64,000 nt of DNA from an uncultured Acidimicrobiaceae bacterium (GCA_963841155.1 CAWJBM010000002.1:424238-488237); one strand, 5' to 3'. Shown: positions 8,681-18,293, numbered from the stretch's first letter. A program made the numbers and translations. Notes: generated by a model from the sequence alone, not told the origin.

Positions 8681-9253
8681 ATGAGGACTCATGTCGCCCT
8701 GCTCCGAGGGATCAACGTCTTGGGTCGGAACAAGGTGTCGATGGCGGAGCTCCGCCAGGTAGTGGCGTCGCTCGGTCATGGCGATGTGGCCACCTACATC
8801 CAAAGCGGCAATGTCCTGTTCACGGCTGCCGAGCCCAACGCGGACAGCACTGCACTGGCGGACGACCTCGAGATCGCGATCGCGGACCGGCTTGCTGTCC
8901 GCTCTGTTGTCGTGGTCCTCGCCCGCCGCGAGCTCACCGATGTCGTCCGTGACAACCCCTTTCGCGACGAGGACGATCACAGACTCCTCCACGCCGTGTT
9001 CCTCCGAGAAGCTCCGGGGCCAAACGGCGTGGCATCAGTCGGGGCCGCAGTCGAACGAGCCCGCAACAAGGAGAGCCGGGATGACGCGCGCGTCATCGGC
9101 CGCGCGTTGTACCTGTGGACGCCCGACGGGTTTGCCCGCAGCATCTTGCGGTCAGAGCTGAGCCGCGGCGGACTGCACCGCACCCCGATGCAGGCGGGAA
9201 CAGCGCGGAACTGGGGGACCGTCAACACCCTCGTGTCGCTTCTGGAGCACTGA
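8681..9253 (+). CDS. DUF1697 family protein
   Basis: MRTHVALLRGINVLGRNKVSMAELR ... TYIQSGNVLF ... GTARNWGTV is the DUF1697 signature. The track ORF starts at 8633, but the family normally starts just before LLRGINV, so ATG 8681 is preferred. Confidence 0.85.
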   Translation: MRTHVALLRGINVLGRNKVSMAELRQVVASLGHGDVATYIQSGNVLFTAAEPNADSTALADDLEIAIADRLAVRSVVVVLARRELTDVVRDNPFRDEDDHRLLHAVFLREAPGPNGVASVGAAVERARNKESRDDARVIGRALYLWTPDGFARSILRSELSRGGLHRTPMQAGTARNWGTVNTLVSLLEH

Positions 9254-9345
9254 GCTTAGGAGAGCCCCACACAGGACGCAGTGCCTGGAACTGGCGCTAT
9301 TCCTTCAAGGTCGTCACGTTCTGCGTGTGCTAATGTAGTGTCAGG

Positions 9346-9551
9346 CTATTGAGTATGCACTTGCTCGAGTGCGACACGTCCTCGTCTTACCTTCTCGAGA
9401 ATCGCGTCAGCGCTCGCTGTCCACACGAATGGTTTGGGGTCGTCGTTGTGGGCAGTGAGGTAGTCCTCGATCGCGGCGATGAGCTCGGGCACGCTTGCGA
9501 ACACGCCGCGACGGATGGCTTTGTCGGTGAGATCTCTGAACCACCGCTCGA
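9346..9551 (-). pseudogene. IS630-family transposase, C-terminal fragment
   Basis: Reverse translation gives (I)ERWFRDLTDKAIRRGVFASVPELIAAIEDYLTAHNDDPKPFVWTASADAILEKVRRGRVALEQVHTQ*. This is the typical IS630 C-terminus. The + strand ORF 9349..9555 in the track is its mirror artefact. Confidence 0.85.
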
Positions 9552-9563
9552 TTAACCGGCCCT
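9552..9563. repeat. Terminal inverted repeat (left) of the recombinase element
   Basis: TTAACCGGCCCT. The stop codon of the 661-aa recombinase (9563..9565) starts inside it. Confidence 0.85.
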
Positions 9564-11548
9564 CAGGGTTGTGTCAAGCACAAGTCTGTTGATCGGGCTT
9601 GATTTCTGAGCCGTCGGAGATGGCCGTCGATGCCGGCGACGACGCGTTCGTGGCGGGCGACTTCGGAGTTCCACCCGCGTGCTTGGGCGTCGTCGCGCAG
9701 GGTGTGAATGTCGGCAAGTTGGGCTTCGAGGACGGACTGAAACTCGGGGGCAGCGACGTAGTTGTCGCATTGTTCGCAGATGTTGGCGTAGGGGCAAGCG
9801 TCGGCGACGAGCTCGCGGGAGCAGTAACCGTGAGCGACGCGGGTCTTGAGCATCTCGGATCGGAGCCATTCGACTCGGTCGCTGGTGGTGCCGCGTCCGG
9901 TGGCGACGACGAAGAGTGGTTGGCGAGCGTGCACCTTCGTCATGGCCGCTTCGTAGGCGGCTCGAACGGTCGGTGACGCGAGCGACGCGTAGCGCAGGGT
10001 CATCTCGGCGGAAACGTGACCCATGAGGGCCATGAGCGCCTGTAGCGACATGCCGGCGTTGACGAGGCTGGTCCCATAGGTATGCCTGAGTTGGTGCGGG
10101 GTGACTCGAAGCGGTTGGCCGTCACGTCCGGTCAGCCCAGCGACGGCGATGGCCTGATCCAGGCCGTGGCGAAGCCGGAACGCCGATAGCCGCCGACCCT
10201 TTTCGACGAACAAGAAGTCGGCGGGTTGCCCGTGGCGGGGGTGGATCAACGCTCGTTGCGGCCCGCGTTGTGCCATCCAAGCGTCGAAATCGGCGAGAGT
10301 CGGCTCGTCGAGTGGCACGGTTCGCTCCGTGCCGAGCTTGCCCAAGGGGACCTTCACCCAGGTGCCCCGGTCACCGAAGTCCCAGAGGCAGTCGAGCTCG
10401 AGGTCGAGCAGCTCGCCGAGTCGCATCCCGGTGCCACGCAGGATGGCCAGACCGTGGCGTGCGAAGGGATCTGCGAGGCCAGCCACGGCGGCCATGAGAT
10501 CCCGGTCGACGTCGGGCGGAAGGGCTTTGGGCATGGGACGGTCGAGGCGTGGGATGTCGCTGGCGAAGACGAGTTGGCGGGTCGGGCGATCGGCCCACCC
10601 CCACACGGCCAGATCCTCGAAGAAGGCGCGCAGGTCGACCACCGTGCGTTTGGAAACTGACGCAGCCACCGGCTTGTCGCGGGCGAGCCAGCCGCGCCAA
10701 GGCCGGTGGTGGTTCCACACCAGGAACCCTTCGATGTGGGCCCGCTCGAGCTGCTCGAGCCGGCGTAGATCGGGATGGTGTGCCGCGAGGTACTCACCGA
10801 AGATGATCAGGCTGTCCGCTCTTAGCAGCACGGTCGAAGGGCGCAGGGTCGTGGCCACGACCTCCAGGTAGCGAAGGGCAACCTTGCGGATCTCTTCTTG
10901 GGGGAGAGCTTGGAGAGTCTCGGCGACGGTGGCTGCAGGCGGTCTGTTCTTGCGTGGGGTGTGGTGGCAGATCCGCAGCTCGTAGCAGGCCTGGTGGAGA
11001 CTGAACGCCCGGGCCTGGTTGTGCAGACGGGCGTCGCGCCGGGCCGAGGGAGTGTCAGCGAGAGCGGCGGTGAAGGTGTCGAAGACGTCGTCGGTCAGCT
11101 CGTCGAGATCGTTCCCCGACCACAGACACACCATCGCCAACGCGTTGGTGGCGACGTCGCGGGTCCAGTTGGCGCTCCAGGAGTAACGGCGGGCGATCTC
11201 GCTGACCCGGGCTACATCGTCGGCGTGGCGTTTTCCCCACTCGACATAGAGGTCACCGGGGGTCTTGGTCAGCAACAGGTCCAGGTCGGGAACGAGGATC
11301 TGTTCCAGGAAACACCAGGTGATGAACGACCACGCATGGCTGCGAGCCAGATCGGCGAGCCGGGCGCGTGTCGGCCTGGCCATCCACGCCTTGAGATCGG
11401 GATGGGCGTTAAGCAGATCGCAGGCCGCGTTTCGGCGATGGCGCTTGGCTTCGGCCCCGATGCTCAGTCCGGCGACAAACCGGGCGTAGTCGACAAGGAC
11501 GTCAGGAGCGCCGCTGGCCTCGAGGGCGGCCAGGGCCGTCGCGCTCAT
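9563..11548 (-). CDS. Large tyrosine recombinase (Tn554 TnpB-like in size and architecture)
   Basis: 661 aa. Catalytic region ...GMRLGELLDLELD ... VTPHQLRHTYGTSLVNAGMSLQALMALMGHVSAEMTLRYASL. Cys-rich C-terminal extension HGYCSRELVADACPYANICEQCDNYVAAPEF. Its ATG overlaps the upstream stop (ATGA at 11545-11548). Confidence 0.9.
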   Translation of the reverse strand: MSATALAALEASGAPDVLVDYARFVAGLSIGAEAKRHRRNAACDLLNAHPDLKAWMARPTRARLADLARSHAWSFITWCFLEQILVPDLDLLLTKTPGDLYVEWGKRHADDVARVSEIARRYSWSANWTRDVATNALAMVCLWSGNDLDELTDDVFDTFTAALADTPSARRDARLHNQARAFSLHQACYELRICHHTPRKNRPPAATVAETLQALPQEEIRKVALRYLEVVATTLRPSTVLLRADSLIIFGEYLAAHHPDLRRLEQLERAHIEGFLVWNHHRPWRGWLARDKPVAASVSKRTVVDLRAFFEDLAVWGWADRPTRQLVFASDIPRLDRPMPKALPPDVDRDLMAAVAGLADPFARHGLAILRGTGMRLGELLDLELDCLWDFGDRGTWVKVPLGKLGTERTVPLDEPTLADFDAWMAQRGPQRALIHPRHGQPADFLFVEKGRRLSAFRLRHGLDQAIAVAGLTGRDGQPLRVTPHQLRHTYGTSLVNAGMSLQALMALMGHVSAEMTLRYASLASPTVRAAYEAAMTKVHARQPLFVVATGRGTTSDRVEWLRSEMLKTRVAHGYCSRELVADACPYANICEQCDNYVAAPEFQSVLEAQLADIHTLRDDAQARGWNSEVARHERVVAGIDGHLRRLRNQARSTDLCLTQP

Positions 11549-12609
11549 CGGGTGACCGCCCGCGCCTTGGCGAACTCGGCAGCCAAGGTGTCTGACGACA
11601 GGTGCACATAGGCGGCGGTCGATTCCGGGGAGGCATGGCCCATTAGCTCGCGCAGCACCAGCAAGTCGATGCCGGCCGCCGCCAACTCAGTCCCATAGGT
11701 GTGGCGCAAGCGGTGCGGGCGGACTCTCGTCGAGCCGGACCGGGCCCGATGCGTGCGGAAGATGCGACGCATCCCCGCTTCAGTCAACGCCGATCCTCGT
11801 GTCGGTCCCCGCAGCACCACGAAACACTCCGGCGTGGCGCACCCCGGCGGACGTTCGGTCCGAAGGTAGTTGCCCAGCTCGGTGAAGAACACTCGATCGA
11901 CCGGGACCGTTCGTTCCTTGTTGCCCTTCCCGACCACTCGGACTCGGCGCATCCCCCGGTCCACGTCAGCCAGGCGCAACGAGCGGACCTCGGCTGCTCG
12001 CAGCCCGCCCACCAGCATCGCCAAGGCCATCGCCTTGTCCCGGCAGGTGCACAAGTCGGCGAGGAAAGCGGACACCTCGTCGGGTTCGAGACTCTCGGGA
12101 AGGCGGCGCGGCTGGCGGACCAGCCGGCCACCCGTCGGCGCCCGGCGCGTCCCGATATGGCCCAGCAGACCACGGCCCTTGGACCGCAACCCGGTCGAAC
12201 GCCGAGCCGCTGGCACCGGGTTGTCTTCTCGGACACCAGCGATCACCGCGTACTCGAACAACCCTCGCACCACGGCGATCCGTCGGTTCATCGTCGCCGG
12301 CGCCGCTCCGCGCCGGTCGGTCAGGCGCACCACCTTCTTGTTCCCGCTGCGCTTGGACCTCGCCTGCCAGTCCAAATAGTCGAACAAGTCGGTCGGCACT
12401 ACCTCAACGACGGTCAACCCCTGATCGCCGAGGAAGCGACCAAAGTTCAACAAGTCGAAGGCATACGCCCGCACGGTGGCCGGCGAGAACCCCCTAGCCT
12501 CGAGGTGCGTCAAGAAACTGTTCGCCATCTCGACATCAGTCCACGAACCCTCAAGACGATGCGAGCCCTCCAGGCGAACGACCGCCAGTGATCCGGCTGA
12601 CACCGTCAT
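11545..12609 (-). CDS. Tyrosine recombinase (XerC/D-sized, Tn554 TnpA-like in size)
   Basis: 354 aa. N-terminal SAM-like core-binding region (FLTHLEARGFSPATVRAYAFDLLNF) and a catalytic domain with GLRAAEVRSLRLADVD, VVGKGNKERTVPV and RPHRLRHTYGTELAAAGIDLLVLRELMGHASPESTAAYVHL. Confidence 0.9.
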   Translation of the reverse strand: MTVSAGSLAVVRLEGSHRLEGSWTDVEMANSFLTHLEARGFSPATVRAYAFDLLNFGRFLGDQGLTVVEVVPTDLFDYLDWQARSKRSGNKKVVRLTDRRGAAPATMNRRIAVVRGLFEYAVIAGVREDNPVPAARRSTGLRSKGRGLLGHIGTRRAPTGGRLVRQPRRLPESLEPDEVSAFLADLCTCRDKAMALAMLVGGLRAAEVRSLRLADVDRGMRRVRVVGKGNKERTVPVDRVFFTELGNYLRTERPPGCATPECFVVLRGPTRGSALTEAGMRRIFRTHRARSGSTRVRPHRLRHTYGTELAAAGIDLLVLRELMGHASPESTAAYVHLSSDTLAAEFAKARAVTR

Positions 12610-12839
12610 CGTGCATCACCGTCGACGCGCCGTTCGCCGTCGGTGACGCCAAGCAGGAACCCGAACCGGGACAGGTCCGCGCGTAGCTGATCGATGTCGT
12701 AGCCGTCGCTCCCGACGAACCGTCGCAACGAGTCGGCCAGTCGGCTGTGGTCACATACCAGCCACTCGCTGAGAAACTCCAACATTTCGCCGAGCTCGAC
12801 TGCGTCTCCTGGATCCAGACACACCTGCGGCACTGTCAT
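12606..12839 (-). CDS. Small acidic protein, first gene of the recombinase element (TnpC-analogous position unknown)
   Basis: 77 aa. It is translationally coupled to the next gene (ATGA at 12606-12609) and lies about 100 nt inside the right inverted repeat. I recognise no motif. Confidence 0.65.
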   Translation of the reverse strand: MTVPQVCLDPGDAVELGEMLEFLSEWLVCDHSRLADSLRRFVGSDGYDIDQLRADLSRFGFLLGVTDGERRVDGDAR

Positions 12840-12933
12840 GGCACACCTCCAGAATCGTCGCTCCAGGTCAGCATGAACCTGGACGCCTCCCGCTTGGTGG
12901 ACCGTCAGACCGCTACAGCCAGTCGAGCCACCC

Positions 12934-12945
12934 AGGGCCGGTTAA
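12934..12945. repeat. Terminal inverted repeat (right) of the recombinase element
   Basis: AGGGCCGGTTAA is the exact reverse complement of 9552..9563. Confidence 0.85.
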
Positions 12946-13837
12946 CCCATACGAGGTTCAACCACGAGCTCGAAGTCGGTGTGAAGTGCAGATGGAAGCG
13001 AGGGTTCGCGGCGAGCCAGTTGCGCACCTTCTCGTGGTTGTGCGTGCCGTAGTTGTCGACGATGAGATGCACGTCCAGGCCTCGAGGGACGTTGCGATTG
13101 ATGAGCTTCAAGAAGGCCAGGAACTCGCCGTGGCGATGCCGTGGCAGGCACTTGCCGATCACGACGCCGGTGAGCACGTTCAGCGCAGCGAACAGCGTCG
13201 TCGTCCCGTTGCGCTTGTAGTCATGGGTCATCGTCCCGGCTCGCCCCCGTTTCAAGGGAAGGCTGGGCTGAGTGCGGTCGAGTGCCTGAATCTGGGACTT
13301 CTCGTCGACCGAGAGGACAACGGCCTTGTCCGGGGGGTTGAGATAGAGCCCGACCACATCGCAGAGCTTCTCTTCAAAGGCCTTGTCGCCCGAGATCTTG
13401 AAGGTCTTTACGAGATGGGGCTTGATGCCCCGGGCCGACCAGATCCGTTGCACGGTGTCGTGCGACACGCCTGTCGCCCGGGCCATCGTCCGCGTCGACC
13501 AGTGCGTCTCGCCCACAGGTTTGCTGTGGAGCGTGAGATCGACGATCTCGGCAACTTTCTCCTCGGGGATCGTCGGCTTTCGCCCTCGGCCTGGTCGGAC
13601 TTTGCCGAAGTCCTCGAGACCACAGGTCTCAAAGCGTGCCCGCCAACCCAACACGGTGTTGCGCGAGACCTCGAGACGTTTCGCGATCTCGGAATTGGCG
13701 ACCCCGTCGGCGGCCATCAGCAAACCCTTGGCCTGTTGCACGTTTCGATGCTGCCGAGACGAAGAGCGTGAGATCTGCGCCAGCGTCTCGCGTTCTGCAG
13801 GGGTCATGACCAGCGCTGCGGCTGCACGGTTTGCCAT
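12946..13837 (-). pseudogene. IS630-family transposase, N-terminal fragment (HTH plus most of the DDE domain)
   Basis: The ORF 12905..13837 reads MANRAAAALVMTPAERETLAQI ... LSVDEKSQIQALDR ... HLIVDNYGTHNHEKVRNWLAANPRFHLHFTPTSSSWLNLV, then runs into foreign sequence (WVNRPWVARLAVAV*) at the insertion junction. Confidence 0.9.
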
Positions 13838-14144
13838 GCACGAAGGCTACCATATACGCGCGTTCATTTACCTGACACTACACTAGGAGGGGACGGCTCA
13901 TCGCTCGCCGCATCGGCTCCTGACTCTCCTGTGCTTGTCCCTGACGACGCAGGCGGAGGCACGTTCAGCAAGGCTACGTTGGGCAGACTGAGGATTTGCC
14001 GACGGGAACAGCCTGGGTCGACAACGACGAGCTCAAACCGAGTGAGAACTCCGACACTGCCACAGCGAGAAGCCAGCCAATAGATGCGGTAAGGAAGCCA
14101 CGACGAACATCACGATGGGGTGGCGGAGAGTCCGCGTCGGCGCT

Positions 14145-14516
14145 CTACCTGGCCGTGACCGACACGGGGAGGGGTTGGAGCCGGGTTACAAGTGACTTGT
14201 TGGCTGCCTGTGTCCACGCCTCGGTGAGCGGGACCGTGACGATCATCTTCCCGGTCGCGACGGCCTGGAACCAGTAGTCCTCAACCTCCAGACCGACGAA
14301 CATCCCGCGCTTCAGATGCACCGCACTGCTCGTCCAGACCCGGTCCCACCGAGCAGACACTGGAACCAGCGCCGACTGTTCGGGAACGCACGTCACTGTC
14401 GCGGTTGTCCTCAAGCCTGAAGTCCCGGTCGCGACCAGCACCGCAATGCCAGCACCGATGACAACGAGTATCGCCACGACGAAAACCACGATGGGATGGC
14501 GGACCGTGCGCATCAT
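14145..14516 (-). CDS. Small membrane-anchored protein
   Basis: 123 aa with one N-terminal TM helix (IVVFVVAILVVIGAGIAVLVA). Its start overlaps the stop of the upstream gene (ATGATG/TGA at 14513-14516). Confidence 0.55.
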   Translation of the reverse strand: MMRTVRHPIVVFVVAILVVIGAGIAVLVATGTSGLRTTATVTCVPEQSALVPVSARWDRVWTSSAVHLKRGMFVGLEVEDYWFQAVATGKMIVTVPLTEAWTQAANKSLVTRLQPLPVSVTAR

Positions 14517-15967
14517 GCCTCTCTCAACGAGTACAGGATCGTCCGTGCGACCATGCCGTTACCGGCCAACCCGATGGAGACGTAGACCGGCTTGGAGCGC
14601 CCCGGCACCTTCACCCGAAGGACGAGGATGGAGTACGCGGGCGAGGTTGCCGGACAAGCACTTAGGCCATACAGGTCCAGGCAGTGCTTCGCGAACGACA
14701 ACGTGGCGAGGAACCGGAAATGACCTCCGGAATCGACCTGTGCTCCGTTCATCGGAGGTTGCGGCGCGTACCCGTAAGACTCCCCAGTACATGTTGGGGG
14801 CCGTAGACGGTGCTGGTCGGTGCTCAGCGTCACGCCCGGGGCGGGAAATGCCACACCGGACGTCGCGCACGGCGTCCCGAGGCCAAATGCCGCTCCCGAG
14901 GTCCGGCTGACGGGCCAGTCCGCTGGGACCGAGAACCGCAGACCTGCGAAGCTCACCGACCGCCACGACGACGGGACTGCCGGTCCGGGGCCTGAAGCCA
15001 GTACAACCGCTCGCGGCGAGACCGCCAGCGTGTCTGTCACCCGGGTGCCCGCCCCATCGCCTGCCCATAGCTCAACATGCAGTGACGGCACAAAGTACGA
15101 GACGGACGTGGCAGCCTTCGGTCCCCGCAGGACGGGGATGCCGTTGAGGAGGACTGGTTGCTCGTGTCGGTAGCGAGCCGGAATCGAACTGAGCGGCGTT
15201 ATCCGTACCGTGGGGGGAGACGGGGTCGCGAGGCAGAGAAGGTCTTGCTTGACGACACCTAACTGGACGATGGGCGGCCATGTCCCTCCGCACCAGGCGT
15301 GTGTCAAGACGGCCCATGTCGACGGCACCGACACCTGCGCATCACCGTAGGCGACCGGCACCCATCCCTCCGGCGTTGCAGCCGCGTCCACCACGGGCAG
15401 GGGCTTGGCCGTGAGCGTCGTCGTGGTTCGAGAGACCGACTGGAAGCTAGTGCCGGCGGTGAGGGTCAGGGCCAGGACCACCAGCACGAGGAGGCGCAAT
15501 CTCACCGTCGCCATGCTTCCACAAAGCGGGGAGGGGACGGTTTCGCGTACGACGCCCAACGGCTCTAGAGGGAAATCCGACGGCCGACACGGCTCACCTA
15601 ATGGAACAGACGACCAGACGCCCAGTGTCGTCTGCCAGGCCTTGACGCACACAGGCTGTGCCGCCGCGCAATCTATCTGGCCGACCATCGGACTGTGCCC
15701 AGTCAGTTGGTACACCGCGGCTGGCAGCGACAGCACGAACTTCCCGCTCTTGCCGGCCGTTACGGTGAACTTGAACCCGGCTGAGTTCTGCGCCGTCACT
15801 TGGCCAGGGAGCGCGAGGGTGGGCTCACCGGCTGGACCCCCCACTTGGACGAGGGTTCCGGTGACCGAACCACGGGCCGAGATGACGACCATCTGGGAGA
15901 GACCAGTACAGGCGGTCAGCGCCAGCGCCATGACCACCATCGCGACTACGCCGAGCTTGCGCACCAT
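14513..15967 (-). CDS. Secreted/lipoprotein ORF containing two successive signal peptides (possible fusion of two genes)
   Basis: 484 aa. The N-terminus MVRKLGVVAMVVMALALTACTG is a lipoprotein signal with a lipobox Cys. A second signal-like segment MATVRLRLLVLVVLALTLTAGTS starts at codon 152 (ATG at 15514). There is no stop codon between the two parts. Confidence 0.65.
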   Translation of the reverse strand: MVRKLGVVAMVVMALALTACTGLSQMVVISARGSVTGTLVQVGGPAGEPTLALPGQVTAQNSAGFKFTVTAGKSGKFVLSLPAAVYQLTGHSPMVGQIDCAAAQPVCVKAWQTTLGVWSSVPLGEPCRPSDFPLEPLGVVRETVPSPLCGSMATVRLRLLVLVVLALTLTAGTSFQSVSRTTTTLTAKPLPVVDAAATPEGWVPVAYGDAQVSVPSTWAVLTHAWCGGTWPPIVQLGVVKQDLLCLATPSPPTVRITPLSSIPARYRHEQPVLLNGIPVLRGPKAATSVSYFVPSLHVELWAGDGAGTRVTDTLAVSPRAVVLASGPGPAVPSSWRSVSFAGLRFSVPADWPVSRTSGAAFGLGTPCATSGVAFPAPGVTLSTDQHRLRPPTCTGESYGYAPQPPMNGAQVDSGGHFRFLATLSFAKHCLDLYGLSACPATSPAYSILVLRVKVPGRSKPVYVSIGLAGNGMVARTILYSLREA

Positions 15968-16310
15968 GGTCCTAGAGACCCGGCGAGAGGCAACAGCCGA
16001 TCCGAGCGGTGGCGCGAGCTACGGCGTCTACTGCCTGGAGGACGTGCGACCTGCCCGGGGCTCGGAGGCGGAAACGCCAATCAGCCCAAGCAATCCGAAC
16101 CGACTGGAGGAGATGATGGCACTTGTGGATCGCGACAGTGATGTTCTCGCCTTGCCGCCTGTCTCATGGCTGCTGTGGCCGCGGTTGGCCAAGGGCGACC
16201 CGCTCGACCACATCATCGGCCTGTGACCCTGCGAGAGACGCGCAGTGGACCCTGACAGTATTCTCGTTCGGTAGCCTTGCCGCGCGACCCGATCTGGTAG
16301 GCGGTAGTCC

Positions 16311-18293
16311 ATGACCAAGCAGGCGAGTGCCCCATCGTCGAGAGACAAGGGTGCTCCGACCGCGCCCCCGCCGCCACCCGCGTGGCGCCACTACCTGTGG
16401 GCCGTCGCCATCGGGATGTTCATCCTCCTGTATCTTGTCATGCCGGCGACAAGAAGCCAGAAGCAGGTCACGCTCAACTATTCGCAGTTCTTGAGTGACG
16501 TCTCGGCGCACAAGGTGAAGACAGTCACTCTCGCCACGAGCGGGAGCGCTACAGGGACCTTGTCGAACGGCAGCCAGTACACGACTGCGATACCGCTACA
16601 GGCAGGACAGGCGTTCCTCGACCAACTGCAGTCCTCCGGTGTTCAGATCACGGCGCAGACGACCGGTACCTCCTTCGGCTCCGAAGTCCTGTCGTGGCTC
16701 ATCCTGCTGCTTCCCTTCATCATCTTCGGCTACTTGTGGTGGCGCCTCTCCAAAGGGGCCACTGGGCGCATGCAGGGAGTGCTCGGGGTCGGCCGATCGA
16801 AGGCAAAGGTGTTCGACGTAGAGCGTCCCAAGGCGACCTTTGCCGACGTAGCGGGATATGAAGGTGCGAAGCTCGAAATTCGGGAGGTCGTCGACTTCCT
16901 CCAGCGTCCCGGACGCTACGCACGCGCTGGTGCGATGGCGCCCCGGGGTATCCTCATGGTTGGGCCTCCGGGAACGGGCAAGACTCTCCTCGCAAGGGCC
17001 GTCGCGGGTGAAGCCAACGTTCCGTTCTTCTCGGTCACCGGGTCGAGCTTCGTCGAGATGTTCGTCGGCGTCGGAGCTGCTCGAGTCCGTGACCTGTTCG
17101 AGGAAGCGCGAAAGCGGGCCCCGGCGATCATCTTCGTCGACGAGATCGACGCGATCGGCCAGCGCCGTGGCGGCAGTGCGGTCATGTCGAATGATGAGCG
17201 CGAGCAGACGCTCAACCAGCTGCTCGCCGAGATGGACGGCTTCGACCCGGCTACCGGGATCGTCGTCCTTGCCGCAACGAACAGGCCCGAGATCCTCGAC
17301 CCTGCGCTCCTGCGTCCAGGCCGGTTCGACAGGCAGGTCACGGTCCCGCTACCCAGTCTCCCCGAACGTCTCGCGATCCTGCGTGTGCACTCGCGAGACA
17401 AGCGCCTTGACCCGAGTGCGGATCTCGAGGTTGTCGCGAGAGGCACACCCGGCTTCTCCGGTGCGGACCTCGCCAACCTTGTCAACGAAGCGGCGATCGT
17501 CGCCGTTCGAGCAAATCGTGAAGTGCTCACCGCGGCAGACTTCGACGAAGCCCGCGACAGAATCATCCTCGGACGGCGCGAGGGCTCGAACGTGCTGATT
17601 CCCGATGAGAAGCACGCCGTGGCGGTGCACGAAGCCGGTCACGCACTTGTTGCAGCGTACGCCGACAAGGCGGACCCGATCGCGAAAGTGACGATCCTTC
17701 CTGCTGGGCAGGCGCTCGGGGTGACCGAGCAACTTCCGCTTGTCGAGCGACACCTCTACGGTGAGGACTACCTGTATGACGCGCTGGCCGTGTTCCTTGG
17801 AGGCCGAGCCGGCGAGCTCGTCGTGCTCGGTCAGGGCTCGACTGGTGCCGCGAACGACCTTGCAAGGGCGACCGACCTCGCCACGAAGATGGTGCGAGAG
17901 TTCGGCCTGTCGTCGGCCCTCGGACCCGTCGGCTACCCGTCGGGGGGCTCGGTCTTCCTCGGCGCAGGAGGTGACGGGTTCTCGAGCCGACCCTTCGCGG
18001 AGCAGACCCAAGCTGCCATTGACAGTGAGATCTCACGGATGCTCCGCGAAGCCGAGCAGCGGGCAGTCGCGGTGCTGAAGGAGCATCGCGAGGCACTCGA
18101 CAAGCTGGTTGAGTTGCTCGTCGCGCACGAGACTGTCGACGGTTCGCAGGTCTACGCGATCGCCGGCCGACGCGAGCCCGCCGCGGCTGGCGCGGGCATG
18201 ACGATGGCACCGGACCGTGCCGCCGCGGTCGACGAAAAGGCCGTCCCTGGAGCGTCGGTAAAGCCCCCGGAGAACACAGAGCAAGCCACGTGA
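16311..18293 (+). CDS. ftsH: ATP-dependent zinc metalloprotease FtsH
   Basis: 660 aa with two N-terminal TM segments, Walker A GPPGTGKT, Walker [10 protein letters not shown], the SRH region and the zinc site HEAGHALV. Confidence 0.95.
   Translation: MTKQASAPSSRDKGAPTAPPPPPAWRHYLWAVAIGMFILLYLVMPATRSQKQVTLNYSQFLSDVSAHKVKTVTLATSGSATGTLSNGSQYTTAIPLQAGQAFLDQLQSSGVQITAQTTGTSFGSEVLSWLILLLPFIIFGYLWWRLSKGATGRMQGVLGVGRSKAKVFDVERPKATFADVAGYEGAKLEIREVVDFLQRPGRYARAGAMAPRGILMVGPPGTGKTLLARAVAGEANVPFFSVTGSSFVEMFVGVGAARVRDLFEEARKRAPAIIFVDEIDAIGQRRGGSAVMSNDEREQTLNQLLAEMDGFDPATGIVVLAATNRPEILDPALLRPGRFDRQVTVPLPSLPERLAILRVHSRDKRLDPSADLEVVARGTPGFSGADLANLVNEAAIVAVRANREVLTAADFDEARDRIILGRREGSNVLIPDEKHAVAVHEAGHALVAAYADKADPIAKVTILPAGQALGVTEQLPLVERHLYGEDYLYDALAVFLGGRAGELVVLGQGSTGAANDLARATDLATKMVREFGLSSALGPVGYPSGGSVFLGAGGDGFSSRPFAEQTQAAIDSEISRMLREAEQRAVAVLKEHREALDKLVELLVAHETVDGSQVYAIAGRREPAAAGAGMTMAPDRAAAVDEKAVPGASVKPPENTEQAT

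Larger units (their letters stand above)
9552..12945 (-). mobile_element. 3394-bp inverted-repeat-bounded element carrying two tyrosine recombinases and a small ORF, with no cargo
   Basis: Perfect 12-bp terminal inverted repeats: TTAACCGGCCCT at 9552..9563 and AGGGCCGGTTAA at 12934..12945. Three genes fill the interior and are linked by ATGA stop/start overlaps. Removing the element restores the IS630 transposase reading frame. Confidence 0.8.
9333..13883 (-). mobile_element. IS630-family insertion sequence (1157 bp without the insert), interrupted by a 3.4-kb element
   Basis: Terminal inverted repeats are ATGTAGTGTCAGG (9333..9345) and CCTGACACTACAC (13871..13883), with a 12-nt perfect core. 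Each is flanked by TA (9331-9332 and 13884-13885), as expected for the IS630/Tc1 TA target duplication. The transposase gene is split into 12946..13837 and 9346..9551. Confidence 0.85.

Noticed and set aside
12747-13052. 101-aa + strand ORF across the right end of the recombinase element
   Set aside because: It spans the element/IS630 junction on the strand antisense to both coding regions, so it is an artefact.
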